Under the pieces are notes generated by a model. The model worked only from the letters and a program-made list of their open reading frames with translations, ran no database searches and was not told where the DNA came from. 24,085 nucleotides of DNA, from positions 1 through 24,085 of the IMG/VR virus record IMGVR_UViG_3300002161_000033. One strand, 5' to 3'. Of the stretch, positions 11,101 to 18,364 are shown in pieces (position 1 is the stretch's first letter; the number at the start of each line of letters is the position of its first letter). The translations under genes and the position numbers were made by a program. The DNA is from a virus. Its lineage: Duplodnaviria; Caudoviricetes.

Positions 11101-11353
11101 CCAAGCGGCGGCATATGCGTACTACCAAGAGAACAAAGACAAGCTCAAGATGGCCGAACTAGTAAACATCGGGTTGCAGAATATCAAGCAATCGCGGGAG
11201 TACATCAACTTCCTAGAAAGTGCGGACGGAGCTAAAAAATTCCCCGACAGTGCCGACCGCCTGAAGCGCAAGCAGCAAGTCGAGAAGTACGAAAACGACA
11301 ACTTAAAGTGGGTTAGAAAAGCCAAGGCAGACATCTTCATTCACTCGAAGTAG
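5186..11353 (+). CDS. Large polyvalent virion-injected protein: Gly-zipper N-terminus, zincin-like metallopeptidase, ADP-ribosyltransferase-like (ART-PolyVal-type) and LPD38-like C-terminal regions
   Basis: 2055 aa. HEAIH at 7769-7783 with downstream EEAVA at 7970. FLRWFGSSKVVDEKGEPLVVYHGT...GMYFT...YA...GNVMPVYLSIKYP...GYDGV...VAFSPNQIKSAIGNNGEY at about 8201-8653. C-terminal VPFFNAYIQ and SPIVIDNTVRGYLGG motifs resemble LPD38-bearing proteins. Confidence 0.85.
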   Translation: MPYTVELPDGTLVSDIPDDMPQDEVRRRILATFPQFAPKQSTFLGELKRGAKQLMSSTQTAAGAITDPEAAARAGVERAQKIGEEAGEGVSFAPVKEAYQREGVLSALGEAASQVPRAVAGMLPAAGAAIAGGKLGAMAGTPIGGPLGAVIGGALGAGAGIYGSIAGANIERQAQEQMERGEQLKIDRPAAYGTAVGQSALEAVGTGAVLGKRLVKGVLGIADDAALATEKARQQLIKEASRSALGATARGAVRGATEIPVEVAQSVLERAQAGLDVLSPEAYAEYGESAYQATIGGAGLGALTGVPERASARAELAKIEVPKERQEAQRRLLAAREGPKGYEGDQALLLPKARKDEFPAVELPTDLAAIEQEFTQLQQAEQTPETQARMAALARQYETVAAKQPEAPISIPPEQLGLGLEQARTYGDMELEKQRLLQEKQTPEVKARVKEITAQQTQMNITDIEQGRKATAQQESEAKRAAESAFAQPEVRETPEGQQLLFSQFEAPQARVEPAPSTELPTREQPPLAPSTLEKYGQRRLGLRPAKEGVTTSIAAPEVPEAPLPPVTEPVPEPKLAPKVPAMFQPVMEKLTTAGVRPETRAWAENAKNRPFLRKLMDMDPEAAPQARKALKLQEGSPKAEVFDALFPQPGVPAFEPAVRADQPSVGVPSKPRVVEAPQPPSAGVTEPVGPGVVPAERAAPAAAKPEGGAKPALKPAEPKPKKTSLKEAEAAWEDNNVEGAGTRMAFKDLSSDRKQIWKDSVEDGTATIDLYEKTAKRQVEENKSEARKAARPDEEALSLRGEERAKQLSDFEQTLRAALNKFGLKDIGLKLINGMTAEGSYAQQLIQIAADSANPIRTLRHEAIHALRELGFFTPQQWQSLSKMAKDKWIDQYLKQRNIDGKPLKAGEESRYDAYMREYAGNMEKITEEAVADAFADFDATKPPAGMVAKVVAKLRNMFQSIKSALTKVESPEKIFGKVEKGELKAGAPAKQGEAKSLRDRATANFLRWFGSSKVVDEKGEPLVVYHGTGADFSVFERSYGGAMGAGMYFTANPKEASVYAEGASGISLTVNENGEFVEGPEGFGNVMPVYLSIKYPYVVRSNKIPRMEDLQAQGYDGVVLAGHWVAFSPNQIKSAIGNNGEYSLTDADIRKSLRAPSPTEGIAETSELMKDQPSELKKNLRDMVRIVSEKDDVSFVTRVRTEVADSLASVVNRVNILFDGAVRDELTGLTNPELKLRQAQATEPLTAAFYATGGLKNDTATGQWVVSDKAGPGGSVKDIFEALKKWGDSKGMSFEQADAEASKMIEARRLKELIQANKDAGETIFPIHKLSNKDSRSPEEQVDVALRGLAANPEVQVIADMMDKQRFYMIDHMLEVGRITKEEAAAYKEAIGYVPFDRIDDFFAKFVPKRNTGKGIAQLGSLPQFVGSTQREVGNVINNHAKLMAWMVKQTIKHDATFTTLNLLADIGQARRLGKNKYAASNAGNVVETFRNGHKEYFEMRSHWDAVAFRDAPEVKMTILKVFGAVSNILRKIVTVMPPFVAKQVTDDIQRAFIYAGVEQPAKLVIPAVTNFLKIAGHELVFGKAHPFTTEFAKKGLVGDIDYNASNPAETILFNMGYSQRGWLSSLHNRLESVTRASDLAIRKAIYERTLAETKSTEMAEGDVGLATMRAREFINFRRRGASKTVGMALATVPFFNAYIQSNDLLLRSMAGRGASGTERAVAKRLFWTQAAKVTAFATIYALASSDDDEYKEQTLDDRFNNWIVGGKTLPVPGDMAALFKVPVEVLMQYMARQGTAEEQQTKEAVKQTLGYAFEQFVGRAFPVPQAIRPVAEALTNYSLVTGRPLVGTYQKGLPSVLQTTTTTSELAKAIANFAYKNIRDPITGTPLELSPIVIDNTVRGYLGGVVPLMNMLVDQLINPNKTDRPLSRYWLLSQYLTPEVPTGPKEEFYDLSNKVMPVKRALDRLMKTDQAAAYAYYQENKDKLKMAELVNIGLQNIKQSREYINFLESADGAKKFPDSADRLKRKQQVEKYENDNLKWVRKAKADIFIHSK

Positions 11354-11599
11354 TTACTCCAGCCGCCAGATACGGACGCCGTAGCGTCCGTATTCCACGC
11401 GGTTTGCTACCGCAAGGGTTATGTCGAAGTAGAGTTCTGCCGACCTTAGTTCTGCGGCCACCTGCCTGTCAGTGGCTGTGGTTGGCAGGAAGAACGAACA
11501 GCCCTTGCGGACTTCTTCCCACGGAATGAAGTACTGCGCGCCGAGAATCTCTACTACCCGGATGTCATCCGGAATGGTCTGACGGCGATTCAAGAACAT
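11354..11599 (-). CDS. Small conserved phage protein (SFFLP...GVRIWR)
   Basis: 81 aa, overlapping the primase-helicase end. The motif pattern is common in small phage proteins. Its stop codon abuts the stop of the giant + strand gene. Confidence 0.65.
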   Translation of the reverse strand: MFLNRRQTIPDDIRVVEILGAQYFIPWEEVRKGCSFFLPTTATDRQVAAELRSAELYFDITLAVANRVEYGRYGVRIWRLE

Positions 11600-14447
11600 T
11601 GGCTACCCCTACGGCATCGCTGTCGAAGCAGAAACTGCGAATGGCTGGCATGCTCATGCTGCCGATAGACCCCGCAGCAATACGCTTGAGCGCGGATTTA
11701 CCGTTGTTTTTTATCATGCCGAGATTGACCAGCGTACGGAGGGTCTGTTTCACGTCGACTTGATGCTTGATAAGGTATTCCCGGAACTCGGTAGCAGGAA
11801 TCCACAGCTCTTTGTTGTCGGGCTCATACCGTAGACGCAGCGCATTGCGCGGCGCTTCAATCGGGGCTGCGGGCAAGCCGTTCTTCGGGGCTTCGATCAC
11901 CAGTGCATTGCTCAGGTTCTCGTTGATGTACCGCCCGAGAATTTCCGAAGCCAGGGTGTTGCCGGTACTGGCAGCTGCCTTGTGCGCGACCCGGATGCTG
12001 GCTAGCTCCTTGAGCATGTACTTGTAGACGCGCCCGATAGAGATGTCGATCAGCCCGAGCTTCCGCGCAAAGTACGCGCCGGTAAAGGCCGCGGCCAGCG
12101 TGCCAGAGTGGAACCGGTCAGTCTTGTCCAGACCAAGCTCGGCATCGATCTTGCGCTGCATCTGGTGCAGGGTGTCGATCACCAGCTGTTTGTTCTCCAG
12201 CACGTACTTCATGAAGATCGGCCCGGCCACACCATAGTTGCATGCCAGCTTGCGGAAAATCTCATCCGCGTCGGCCTTGGAGATGTGTGACGTACCCGCC
12301 ACGTAGATGTCCATAAGGCGAGCTTGCTCCCCGCCCGACGTAGCCTTGATGCTGCTGATGATGTCGGAGAACACCGAGTTGCTCGAGGTGACGACTATGC
12401 AGCTCCACGTGGTGTTGTTGTTCCGAAGCTTGTTGGCCTGTGCGTCCATCCGGTGCCGGGCTCGCCCACGAGTGACGGAGTACACGAAGTCGGACAAATC
12501 CTCGGCCTTGGTGTTGGTCATTTCGTCGAACGACGGGCTGATGTTATTCAGCATGCCGATGTGCTGGAACTTGGCCAGATAGGTATCGTCTGACGAGCCG
12601 AGCAGCTTCGCGGGATTACCGAAGATCGAGTCTTTGACCATCATGGCCGTGGTCTTGCCTGTGCCGGACTCATTTGAGACCAGATTGACTACGGCACCTT
12701 TCACGTCGAACCCGCCCAGCAACGCCATGAGTGGCGAGCCAAACCCGCAGAACAACGTGAACGCATGGGGCTCCAGCCCTTTTTGATTGTAGAAGTTAGC
12801 AACCGACTTCCATTCCTCAAGGCTGCCTGACGGCTGAAACGCCGGGGCCAGCTGCCGCGTGCTGCTAGCGGGTGGGGCGAGCTTGGGCCCAGCTATGGTG
12901 TACTCGATCTCACCAACAACAAACCCGGACTCGTCCGGTGTCCACCCCATCTGGCTGCGAGTTTTACAGGCAGATGCGTCTTTCTGTAATTTGCGGATTG
13001 CCGATGCGAAGTACGCCATGATGAGGTCCCATTGTTTGCTGTAGGCAACTACCCCGTGTTTGATAAGTGTAGATTGCAGCTTTTCCTTGTTGAGTAGCGA
13101 CGTTGCCGGGGCGTAGAAGATACGCACGCCGTCCCGAGGCAGGTGCAGGCATACGCCCAGCAGCTCACCCTCGCCGTCGCCGTGGTCGTCAGAGTCGTAG
13201 AACCGGTTGGTGATGTAGAGGTCCTGCGGGTAAACCTCAATAACCTCTTCCTCGCCGTCGGCGTTGGACTTCTTGAAATACACCCCGCCCGATGCGCCCC
13301 GGTAGTAGGGGAACGGATACGCCGGTATATCGACAATCACTTCCTGCGATATGCCCTCACCAGCACCGATGGTGTGCGCTACCTTGTAGACCTCGGCTCC
13401 GTCCTCAATGACTACTGGGGATGCAGGCACCGTACGTCCCAGCATGATGGGGCTGGTGATCTTGTGAGCGCAGCCGTGGCACGAGAGCGGGTAGTTGTCC
13501 CGAAACCACTGGCAGGTGTACGGCTTGCCTGCGACCTTCTGCGCTTTGGTGAGCGTAGCCTCCGCCGAATACTCGGTGTGCTGGTCAGACATGGTGTGCA
13601 CCGCCGTGGCTGCGTCCACACAGGTGCCGGCAATAGACAGCATGGCCCGCCACACGGGCTCAGGCGTATCGGCTTGGCTCTCGTAGGCCGCCTTCACCTG
13701 CGCACAGCCTGTACCACGCAAGCTACGGTCGAGGATGATCGAGAACTCGCAGTCGGGCAGGTCTCCGCTGCTCCGCGCCAAGGAGCTTGTCAGATCATCC
13801 GTACCAAACACACTGGCAGCTGAGAGGTCCACCGCCGGTGCCGGCAGCATGGCGCACAGGTCCGCGAACGGCGTGGGCTTGCCGAGGTGTACCACCAGCG
13901 CCTGCGGGCGATCTGGGGAGTTGTAGTTCGTCGTGCCGGGCATGCGCATGATGCGCGCGATGTCGCCCGTCACCTGCGGGTCGATCTTGAGCCCGTGACT
14001 GAAGCAAAACGTCTTGAGCGCACGCGCGTACGGAAGCCACTGCGCTGCCGGAACAGCCTCAGTGAGTGCCCAGTATGCCTGCACCCCGCGCCCTGAGAAC
14101 ACGACGGTGGGTTTGGGCAGGCCAGTGCGTACAACAAAATCTTTGAGCGCCTTGCTGGCATCAGTCGGCGTGGCGTAGGGTTGCCCGTTGTGACTGTCCA
14201 GCTCGATAAACAAGCTCTTGAGCTCTACGGCATTTGCCGCAGTGCGACCCTCTACGGGGTCTGCGTACGTAGCCAACGCTACGTATACGTTCCAATCCTC
14301 CTGATTAAATTCCTGAGTTGCCTGAATTAGTTCTTCTTTTGTTTTGCAGTACCGGTGCTGGACAGCTTTTTTATTGGAGCGGTTGATTCTCGCCACACAA
14401 TACGTACCAGCAGACGGCAATACGGCGTCTAGGAAGGCAATGCTCAC
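11565..14447 (-). CDS. DNA primase-helicase (AEP/RepB-like primase N-terminus, Cys cluster, DUF927-type region, P-loop helicase)
   Basis: 960 aa, GTG start after GAGG. Primase-like motifs LFIELD, VVFSGRGVQAYW and D.ARIMRMPGT.N; a C...CxxC cluster (YTC...CHGC); QMGW of the DUF927 type; Walker A SGTGKTT and Walker B SFDE. Confidence 0.85.
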   Translation of the reverse strand: MSIAFLDAVLPSAGTYCVARINRSNKKAVQHRYCKTKEELIQATQEFNQEDWNVYVALATYADPVEGRTAANAVELKSLFIELDSHNGQPYATPTDASKALKDFVVRTGLPKPTVVFSGRGVQAYWALTEAVPAAQWLPYARALKTFCFSHGLKIDPQVTGDIARIMRMPGTTNYNSPDRPQALVVHLGKPTPFADLCAMLPAPAVDLSAASVFGTDDLTSSLARSSGDLPDCEFSIILDRSLRGTGCAQVKAAYESQADTPEPVWRAMLSIAGTCVDAATAVHTMSDQHTEYSAEATLTKAQKVAGKPYTCQWFRDNYPLSCHGCAHKITSPIMLGRTVPASPVVIEDGAEVYKVAHTIGAGEGISQEVIVDIPAYPFPYYRGASGGVYFKKSNADGEEEVIEVYPQDLYITNRFYDSDDHGDGEGELLGVCLHLPRDGVRIFYAPATSLLNKEKLQSTLIKHGVVAYSKQWDLIMAYFASAIRKLQKDASACKTRSQMGWTPDESGFVVGEIEYTIAGPKLAPPASSTRQLAPAFQPSGSLEEWKSVANFYNQKGLEPHAFTLFCGFGSPLMALLGGFDVKGAVVNLVSNESGTGKTTAMMVKDSIFGNPAKLLGSSDDTYLAKFQHIGMLNNISPSFDEMTNTKAEDLSDFVYSVTRGRARHRMDAQANKLRNNNTTWSCIVVTSSNSVFSDIISSIKATSGGEQARLMDIYVAGTSHISKADADEIFRKLACNYGVAGPIFMKYVLENKQLVIDTLHQMQRKIDAELGLDKTDRFHSGTLAAAFTGAYFARKLGLIDISIGRVYKYMLKELASIRVAHKAAASTGNTLASEILGRYINENLSNALVIEAPKNGLPAAPIEAPRNALRLRYEPDNKELWIPATEFREYLIKHQVDVKQTLRTLVNLGMIKNNGKSALKRIAAGSIGSMSMPAIRSFCFDSDAVGVANVLESPSDHSG

Positions 14448-14451
14448 GTAG

Positions 14452-14540
14452 CCTCACACGGGATCAGGTTAGCGGGGGGAAGGTGAGGCGGCGGCCCCGT
14501 GGTCCGCCTTGTCGCTGCGGGATCAGCGCAGCCTAGCCTC
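14452..14540 (-). promoter_or_regulatory. Structured leader (three-way junction) upstream of the primase-helicase
   Basis: The minus strand reads GAGGC-TAG-GCTGCG(CTGATCC)CGCAGC-GACAA-GGCGG(ACCACGGGG)CCGCC-GCCTC. CTGATCCCG occurs twice (14518-14526 and 14459-14467). Confidence 0.55.
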
Positions 14541-14548
14541 GATACTGA

Positions 14549-14791
14549 TTATGCCGTCTCAAGCTCAGAAAGTAGATTAACAATCTTCTCCAAGTGATTG
14601 GAGCGCGGCCTGACTCTACCGCAGAACCATCGATAAACAATAGTCCGACTGACTCCTAGCTTGCGCGACACCTCCCAGACCGGAAGATTCCGATCAATGC
14701 ACACTTTGGCTAGGCGGACCGCCGGCAGCGCGGGGTCAGCCGCGGCTACTTGCTGGACAAGTAAGGCGCTGTACCCCCGTGCATCATTCAT
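14549..14791 (-). CDS. Cro/CI-type helix-turn-helix DNA-binding protein
   Basis: 80 aa with an HTH pattern, VWEVSRKLGVSRTIVYRWFCGRVRP. Confidence 0.8.
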   Translation of the reverse strand: MNDARGYSALLVQQVAAADPALPAVRLAKVCIDRNLPVWEVSRKLGVSRTIVYRWFCGRVRPRSNHLEKIVNLLSELETA

Positions 14792-15725
14792 CGTCGTCAG
14801 TGCTCCAGTCGCTCAGGATTGAGGCCACGTTCGGCTTTTGATCCGGCGTCTCAACAGTTGCTACTTTCTTGGTGCGCTTCACGGGTTCTGCTACTTCCTC
14901 TACGAAAGTTGCTACTTCCTCGGGTTCGGCAACAGTTTTTGCTACTTTTGCGGTTTCTACGGCAGCCGGGCTTTGCGCGAACGCTTCGGGTAGTGCCTGT
15001 GGCTTATCGGCCTTGACGGTCATCTTGAACTCGATAGCGCGGCGGGCGTCTTCAGTCGCACCCTGGGTCTTGGACAGCTCCCATTCGTCGCGGGTCAGCG
15101 GACGGATAGCCTTGAAGCGCAGGACCGGCACCGCCTCGGCAGTATCGAATCGGGCCTCAGTCACCACGCCGCTGATCGGCACACCATGTCCAGCCAAGAA
15201 GTTGGCATAAGCTTGCAGGCTCATCTTGCCATCAACCGGCTTGCCAAAGATAGACTTGGCAGGAAGCTGAAGACGGTATACACCGCCACCGATCTCGTTT
15301 TCCAACACCACGGCCAGACGGCGGTTGAAGCGGCACGCACGGGACTTGCCCTCGCCGGAGCCTTCGATGTTCTGGGCGCAGCCGGCGCAGTTGGCGAACT
15401 GACGCTGTTCAACGGGGACTTCTTCGTTCGGCTTCACGCCGTCGGCAGACCAGCACGTAGGGGCAGCGTCTTTGCCTTCTTCATACTTGCCAGCGAAATA
15501 CTGGCGGGCGTTGGCCTTGGCAGCGGCCACAATCACAACGTTCATGGCGCGCTCTTCATTGCGGGCAATCTCTTCGCCGCCGGACACCATACGCCACACA
15601 CCGCCCTTGATGGAGATCGACTTGGAGCTGCTTTGCCCAGCGAGTGATTTGGTGATGTCATCTTCAGGATCGCGCAGGTAATCAGGCAGGGATGCGCCGG
15701 AATTGAATAGGGTCAGGTTGCTCAT
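14784..15725 (-). CDS. Putative single-stranded DNA-binding protein
   Basis: 313 aa with an AAGGA SD, a beta-rich core with CWS/CxxC/C residues, a low-complexity linker and an acidic tail (WSTDDDE), within the replication module. Confidence 0.6.
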   Translation of the reverse strand: MSNLTLFNSGASLPDYLRDPEDDITKSLAGQSSSKSISIKGGVWRMVSGGEEIARNEERAMNVVIVAAAKANARQYFAGKYEEGKDAAPTCWSADGVKPNEEVPVEQRQFANCAGCAQNIEGSGEGKSRACRFNRRLAVVLENEIGGGVYRLQLPAKSIFGKPVDGKMSLQAYANFLAGHGVPISGVVTEARFDTAEAVPVLRFKAIRPLTRDEWELSKTQGATEDARRAIEFKMTVKADKPQALPEAFAQSPAAVETAKVAKTVAEPEEVATFVEEVAEPVKRTKKVATVETPDQKPNVASILSDWSTDDDE

Positions 15726-15755
15726 GGTTATTCCTTTTGGTTGATGATACGGGTG

Positions 15756-16142
15756 CTACTTTGATCTACGTACGGTGATGCTGTACTTGGAGTCTACGTT
15801 CAGCCCAACGGGTAGCTTGTCAGGATTCTGAGCGAGAAATTCTTTGAAGTTGGTTTGGTGAATGCGTCGTTCTAGTAGCTGCGGCAGATCGTTTTCTTTT
15901 ATGAAGCCGTACATGCTATCCCAGTCGTTCGTCCAGTAGCGCGTTTTGATGACCTTGGAGAAAGACCCGTACGCGGTCTTGCCTCCATCCTGGCCGGTAG
16001 CTTTGCATATTTCTAATAGCTCTTGCTCCACAGCATCCATCTGCATATTCAGCTTCGTAAGTTCAGTTTCGTGGTCTCTTACAAGTCGGTCTTTGGCGTC
16101 ACGGATTTTGATATAAACATCAACGAGTTTCGCGGCATCCAT
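15756..16142 (-). CDS. Conserved phage protein (N-terminal coiled coil) adjacent to the SSB-like gene
   Basis: 128 aa with a strong AAGGAG SD and a DWDSMYGFIKEN...LLERRI pattern. Confidence 0.75.
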   Translation of the reverse strand: MDAAKLVDVYIKIRDAKDRLVRDHETELTKLNMQMDAVEQELLEICKATGQDGGKTAYGSFSKVIKTRYWTNDWDSMYGFIKENDLPQLLERRIHQTNFKEFLAQNPDKLPVGLNVDSKYSITVRRSK

Positions 16143-16278
16143 TTGCTTTCTCCTTCAACATGGCATCGGCAATAGCGTAAGCACAGCGTGCGACTACATG
16201 GGCATAAGCACGTACGTATTCTTCTCTTGGGTCAGTGATCAGTGCAGACATGGCTTGCATGGCAAATTTATCTCTTAG
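16120..16278 (-). pseudogene. LRD.FA..AM...AY..ADAML family phage protein segment lacking its own start; in the -1 frame relative to the upstream ORF
   Basis: The frame reads LRDKFAMQAMSALITDPREEYVRAYAHVVARCAYAIADAMLKEKANGCRETR*. An in-frame TAA lies three codons before LRD, and the first ATG (16260) is inside the conserved motif. Confidence 0.55.
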
Positions 16279-16409
16279 GGGAGCTTAGCTTCGGTTCCGA
16301 CTTCATCTATGGCATGGCCCCAACGTGCTGCGGCTACATCGTCATTCATGAGTAATTCCTTTATGGCTTCTTGGTCATTGGCTTTGTATACGACGGTGAA
16401 GTATGGCAT
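16275..16409 (-). CDS. Small hypothetical protein (44 aa, MPYFTVVYK...EAKLP)
   Basis: The ATG at 16409 follows an AAGGA SD just after the helicase stop. The longer start in the ORF track (16550) overlaps the helicase and is less likely. Confidence 0.6.
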   Translation of the reverse strand: MPYFTVVYKANDQEAIKELLMNDDVAAARWGHAIDEVGTEAKLP

Positions 16410-16426
16410 GAGAGTCCTTAACTTAG

Positions 16427-17971
16427 TCAACTTATTTCTTGTTTGTACAGCTCTACTAGAGACTGATGAAGCTCGATCTTGTTCTGGAGCATGGCGTACA
16501 TACGCCGCTCCACTGGACTGCCTTGCAGATGCGTGACGGTCACGTTGCAAGTCTGACCTTGCCGGTGCGCGCGAGCGTTAGCTTGCAGGTACATCTCGGT
16601 CGAGGACACTGGCCCCCACCACACCACCTGATCGGCGCGCGTGAGCGTGATGCCGTGAGCGGTAGCTTGAGGAATCATCAGTAGTACTCTTGGGTTATCC
16701 TGGGTCTGGAACCGCTTGATAATCTCGGCTCGGGCCCCTGCGGATACGCCGCCGTGGATAACGTCTACAGCGTACTCGGCAAGCTCGTCACGCAGCATGT
16801 CGATGATGTGCCGGAACGGCACGAACACCAGAACCTTGCGGTCGGTTTGCTCGATGATGCTGACTAGCTCTGCCAGTCGGTTCTTGATATCGAACTGGAT
16901 GACTTCGCGGTTGTCACTATACGCACACCCGCACGATATTTGCAGTAGCTTGTTGAGCATGCCAGCGGCATTTGCTGCGGTGATCTCTTCGCCCGCAGCG
17001 CGGGTAATCATCTCTTGCTTGATGGCGTTGTAGTACTTCTGCTGCTGCGGTGTAAGGGGCACCTCCCGGGTCGCATAGAGCAGATCGGGCAGGTCCAGAC
17101 ACTCTTCTTTCGTGAACCGAATAGCCGGCTGTAGCGCGTCATGCACAATAGTCTTGGCATCGTTGCGGGGCACCCATTTGTATTGCGTGAGTTTTACCAT
17201 AACCTTGTCACGCCACGCGCCGAAGAACCGCGGCACGTTGTCAGGATTGACCAGCTTGGCCAGCCCGTACGCGTCCAGCGGTGACTGCGATGCCGGCGTG
17301 CCCGTCATCATCCATAGCCGGGTGTCTGCCTTGACGAGCGAGGCCATAGCCTTCCAGCGGTCGGTCGATACGCTTTTTACTGCATTGGCTTCGTCTACGA
17401 TGATAAGATCAAATCCTCCTGCCGCGAGTGCCGGAGTGACCACCTTTACGCCGTCGAAATTGATAATGACAACTTCATAGCCGGCGGATATGACGGCCTC
17501 GCGCTTTTTTCGATCTCCTGTAGCAATCCCCACCGTACGGTGCATCACCGTCTTGAACAAGTCTGACCGCCACGCAGTGTCCATGATCGACACCGGGCAG
17601 ATCACCAGCACCCGCTTAACCTTGCCCTGCTGCATCAGGTAGTCGGCGGCCCACGCTGCGGCACTGGTCTTGCCTGTGCCGGGCTCGTTGAAACAGAAGC
17701 ACCGTGGGTGCGTGGCCAGGAACGCCGCGGTAGTGCGCTGATGCTCGAACGGTGTGTACACGCCCGGCCAGTCGTACGTACCCAGTATGGGATGTGGTGG
17801 CGCTTTGATCTTGAGGTTGCGCAGTATCTGCACCTCATCAGGCCCCCAGTTCACGAGTATCTTCGCCAGCTGGCCGTTGCGCTCAAGAATGTGCGACTTG
17901 GGTATCAGCGCCTTGATTTGGTCTGCTTTACGCGTGACAAAGAGCAGCGCGCGGTTGTCCACGATCTGCAT
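16427..17971 (-). CDS. SNF2-family (SF2) helicase
   Basis: 514 aa with FEHQ Q-motif, EPGTGKT Walker A, IVDEA Walker B, MTGTP motif III, HGITLT and QANARAHRQGQ motif VI. Confidence 0.92.
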   Translation of the reverse strand: MQIVDNRALLFVTRKADQIKALIPKSHILERNGQLAKILVNWGPDEVQILRNLKIKAPPHPILGTYDWPGVYTPFEHQRTTAAFLATHPRCFCFNEPGTGKTSAAAWAADYLMQQGKVKRVLVICPVSIMDTAWRSDLFKTVMHRTVGIATGDRKKREAVISAGYEVVIINFDGVKVVTPALAAGGFDLIIVDEANAVKSVSTDRWKAMASLVKADTRLWMMTGTPASQSPLDAYGLAKLVNPDNVPRFFGAWRDKVMVKLTQYKWVPRNDAKTIVHDALQPAIRFTKEECLDLPDLLYATREVPLTPQQQKYYNAIKQEMITRAAGEEITAANAAGMLNKLLQISCGCAYSDNREVIQFDIKNRLAELVSIIEQTDRKVLVFVPFRHIIDMLRDELAEYAVDVIHGGVSAGARAEIIKRFQTQDNPRVLLMIPQATAHGITLTRADQVVWWGPVSSTEMYLQANARAHRQGQTCNVTVTHLQGSPVERRMYAMLQNKIELHQSLVELYKQEIS

Positions 17972-17996
17972 TCGACTTCCTTAATTGGTAGCTACG

Positions 17997-18254
17997 TTAT
18001 TTAATTTTGTTCGTACTGGTACGCGCAAAGCTTCTGTTTTTTGACTTGGGCACAGCCCGTAGATTGCTCAGCTTGCTAGTTCCACCCTTGCTCAAGGGCT
18101 TCACGTGGTCTACATCAGTGCCCGACGCCAGCGGGCCATTGGCTTTCTCGTAATCACGACGCGCCTTGTTGCGCTCAGCACGCTTTTTGATCTGCTCGGG
18201 AGTGCCCTGATACAGCTCGTATTCGCGCTTGTAGTTACGTGATTTTGCAGGCAT
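17997..18254 (-). CDS. Small HNH endonuclease-like protein
   Basis: 85 aa with an HNH signature, DVDHVKPLSKGGTSKLSNLRAVPKSKNR. Confidence 0.8.
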   Translation of the reverse strand: MPAKSRNYKREYELYQGTPEQIKKRAERNKARRDYEKANGPLASGTDVDHVKPLSKGGTSKLSNLRAVPKSKNRSFARTSTNKIK

Positions 18255-18272
18255 TTTTGATTTCCGTAGAGT

Positions 18273-18294
18273 TAAGGTAAAAACTTTTACCTTA
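18273..18294. repeat. Perfect 10-bp inverted repeat TAAGGTAAAA-ac-TTTTACCTTA
   Basis: Read directly from the sequence; an AT-rich dyad 18 nt upstream of the HNH start. Confidence 0.85.
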
Positions 18295-18295
18295 C

Positions 18296-18364
18296 GCCAA
18301 CACGGCTGAGGACTGTCAGAACGCGCGTTCTAGCCCAAAAGCCACAATCCTCATGCGTCTTGGT
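18296..18364 (-). ncRNA. Candidate structured RNA: long bulged stem with apical hairpins
   Basis: On the minus strand CCAAGACGCA-TGAGGATTG pairs with CAGTCCTCA-GCCGTGTTGG, enclosing the hairpin AGAAC(GCGC)GTTCT. Confidence 0.5.

Noticed and set aside
441-11340. Many long alternative-frame and antisense ORFs (e.g. 2516..3685 -, 9695..10573 -, 1684..2415 -)
   Set aside because: They are shadows of GC-rich coding genes, almost entirely overlapping better-supported ORFs and lacking motifs.
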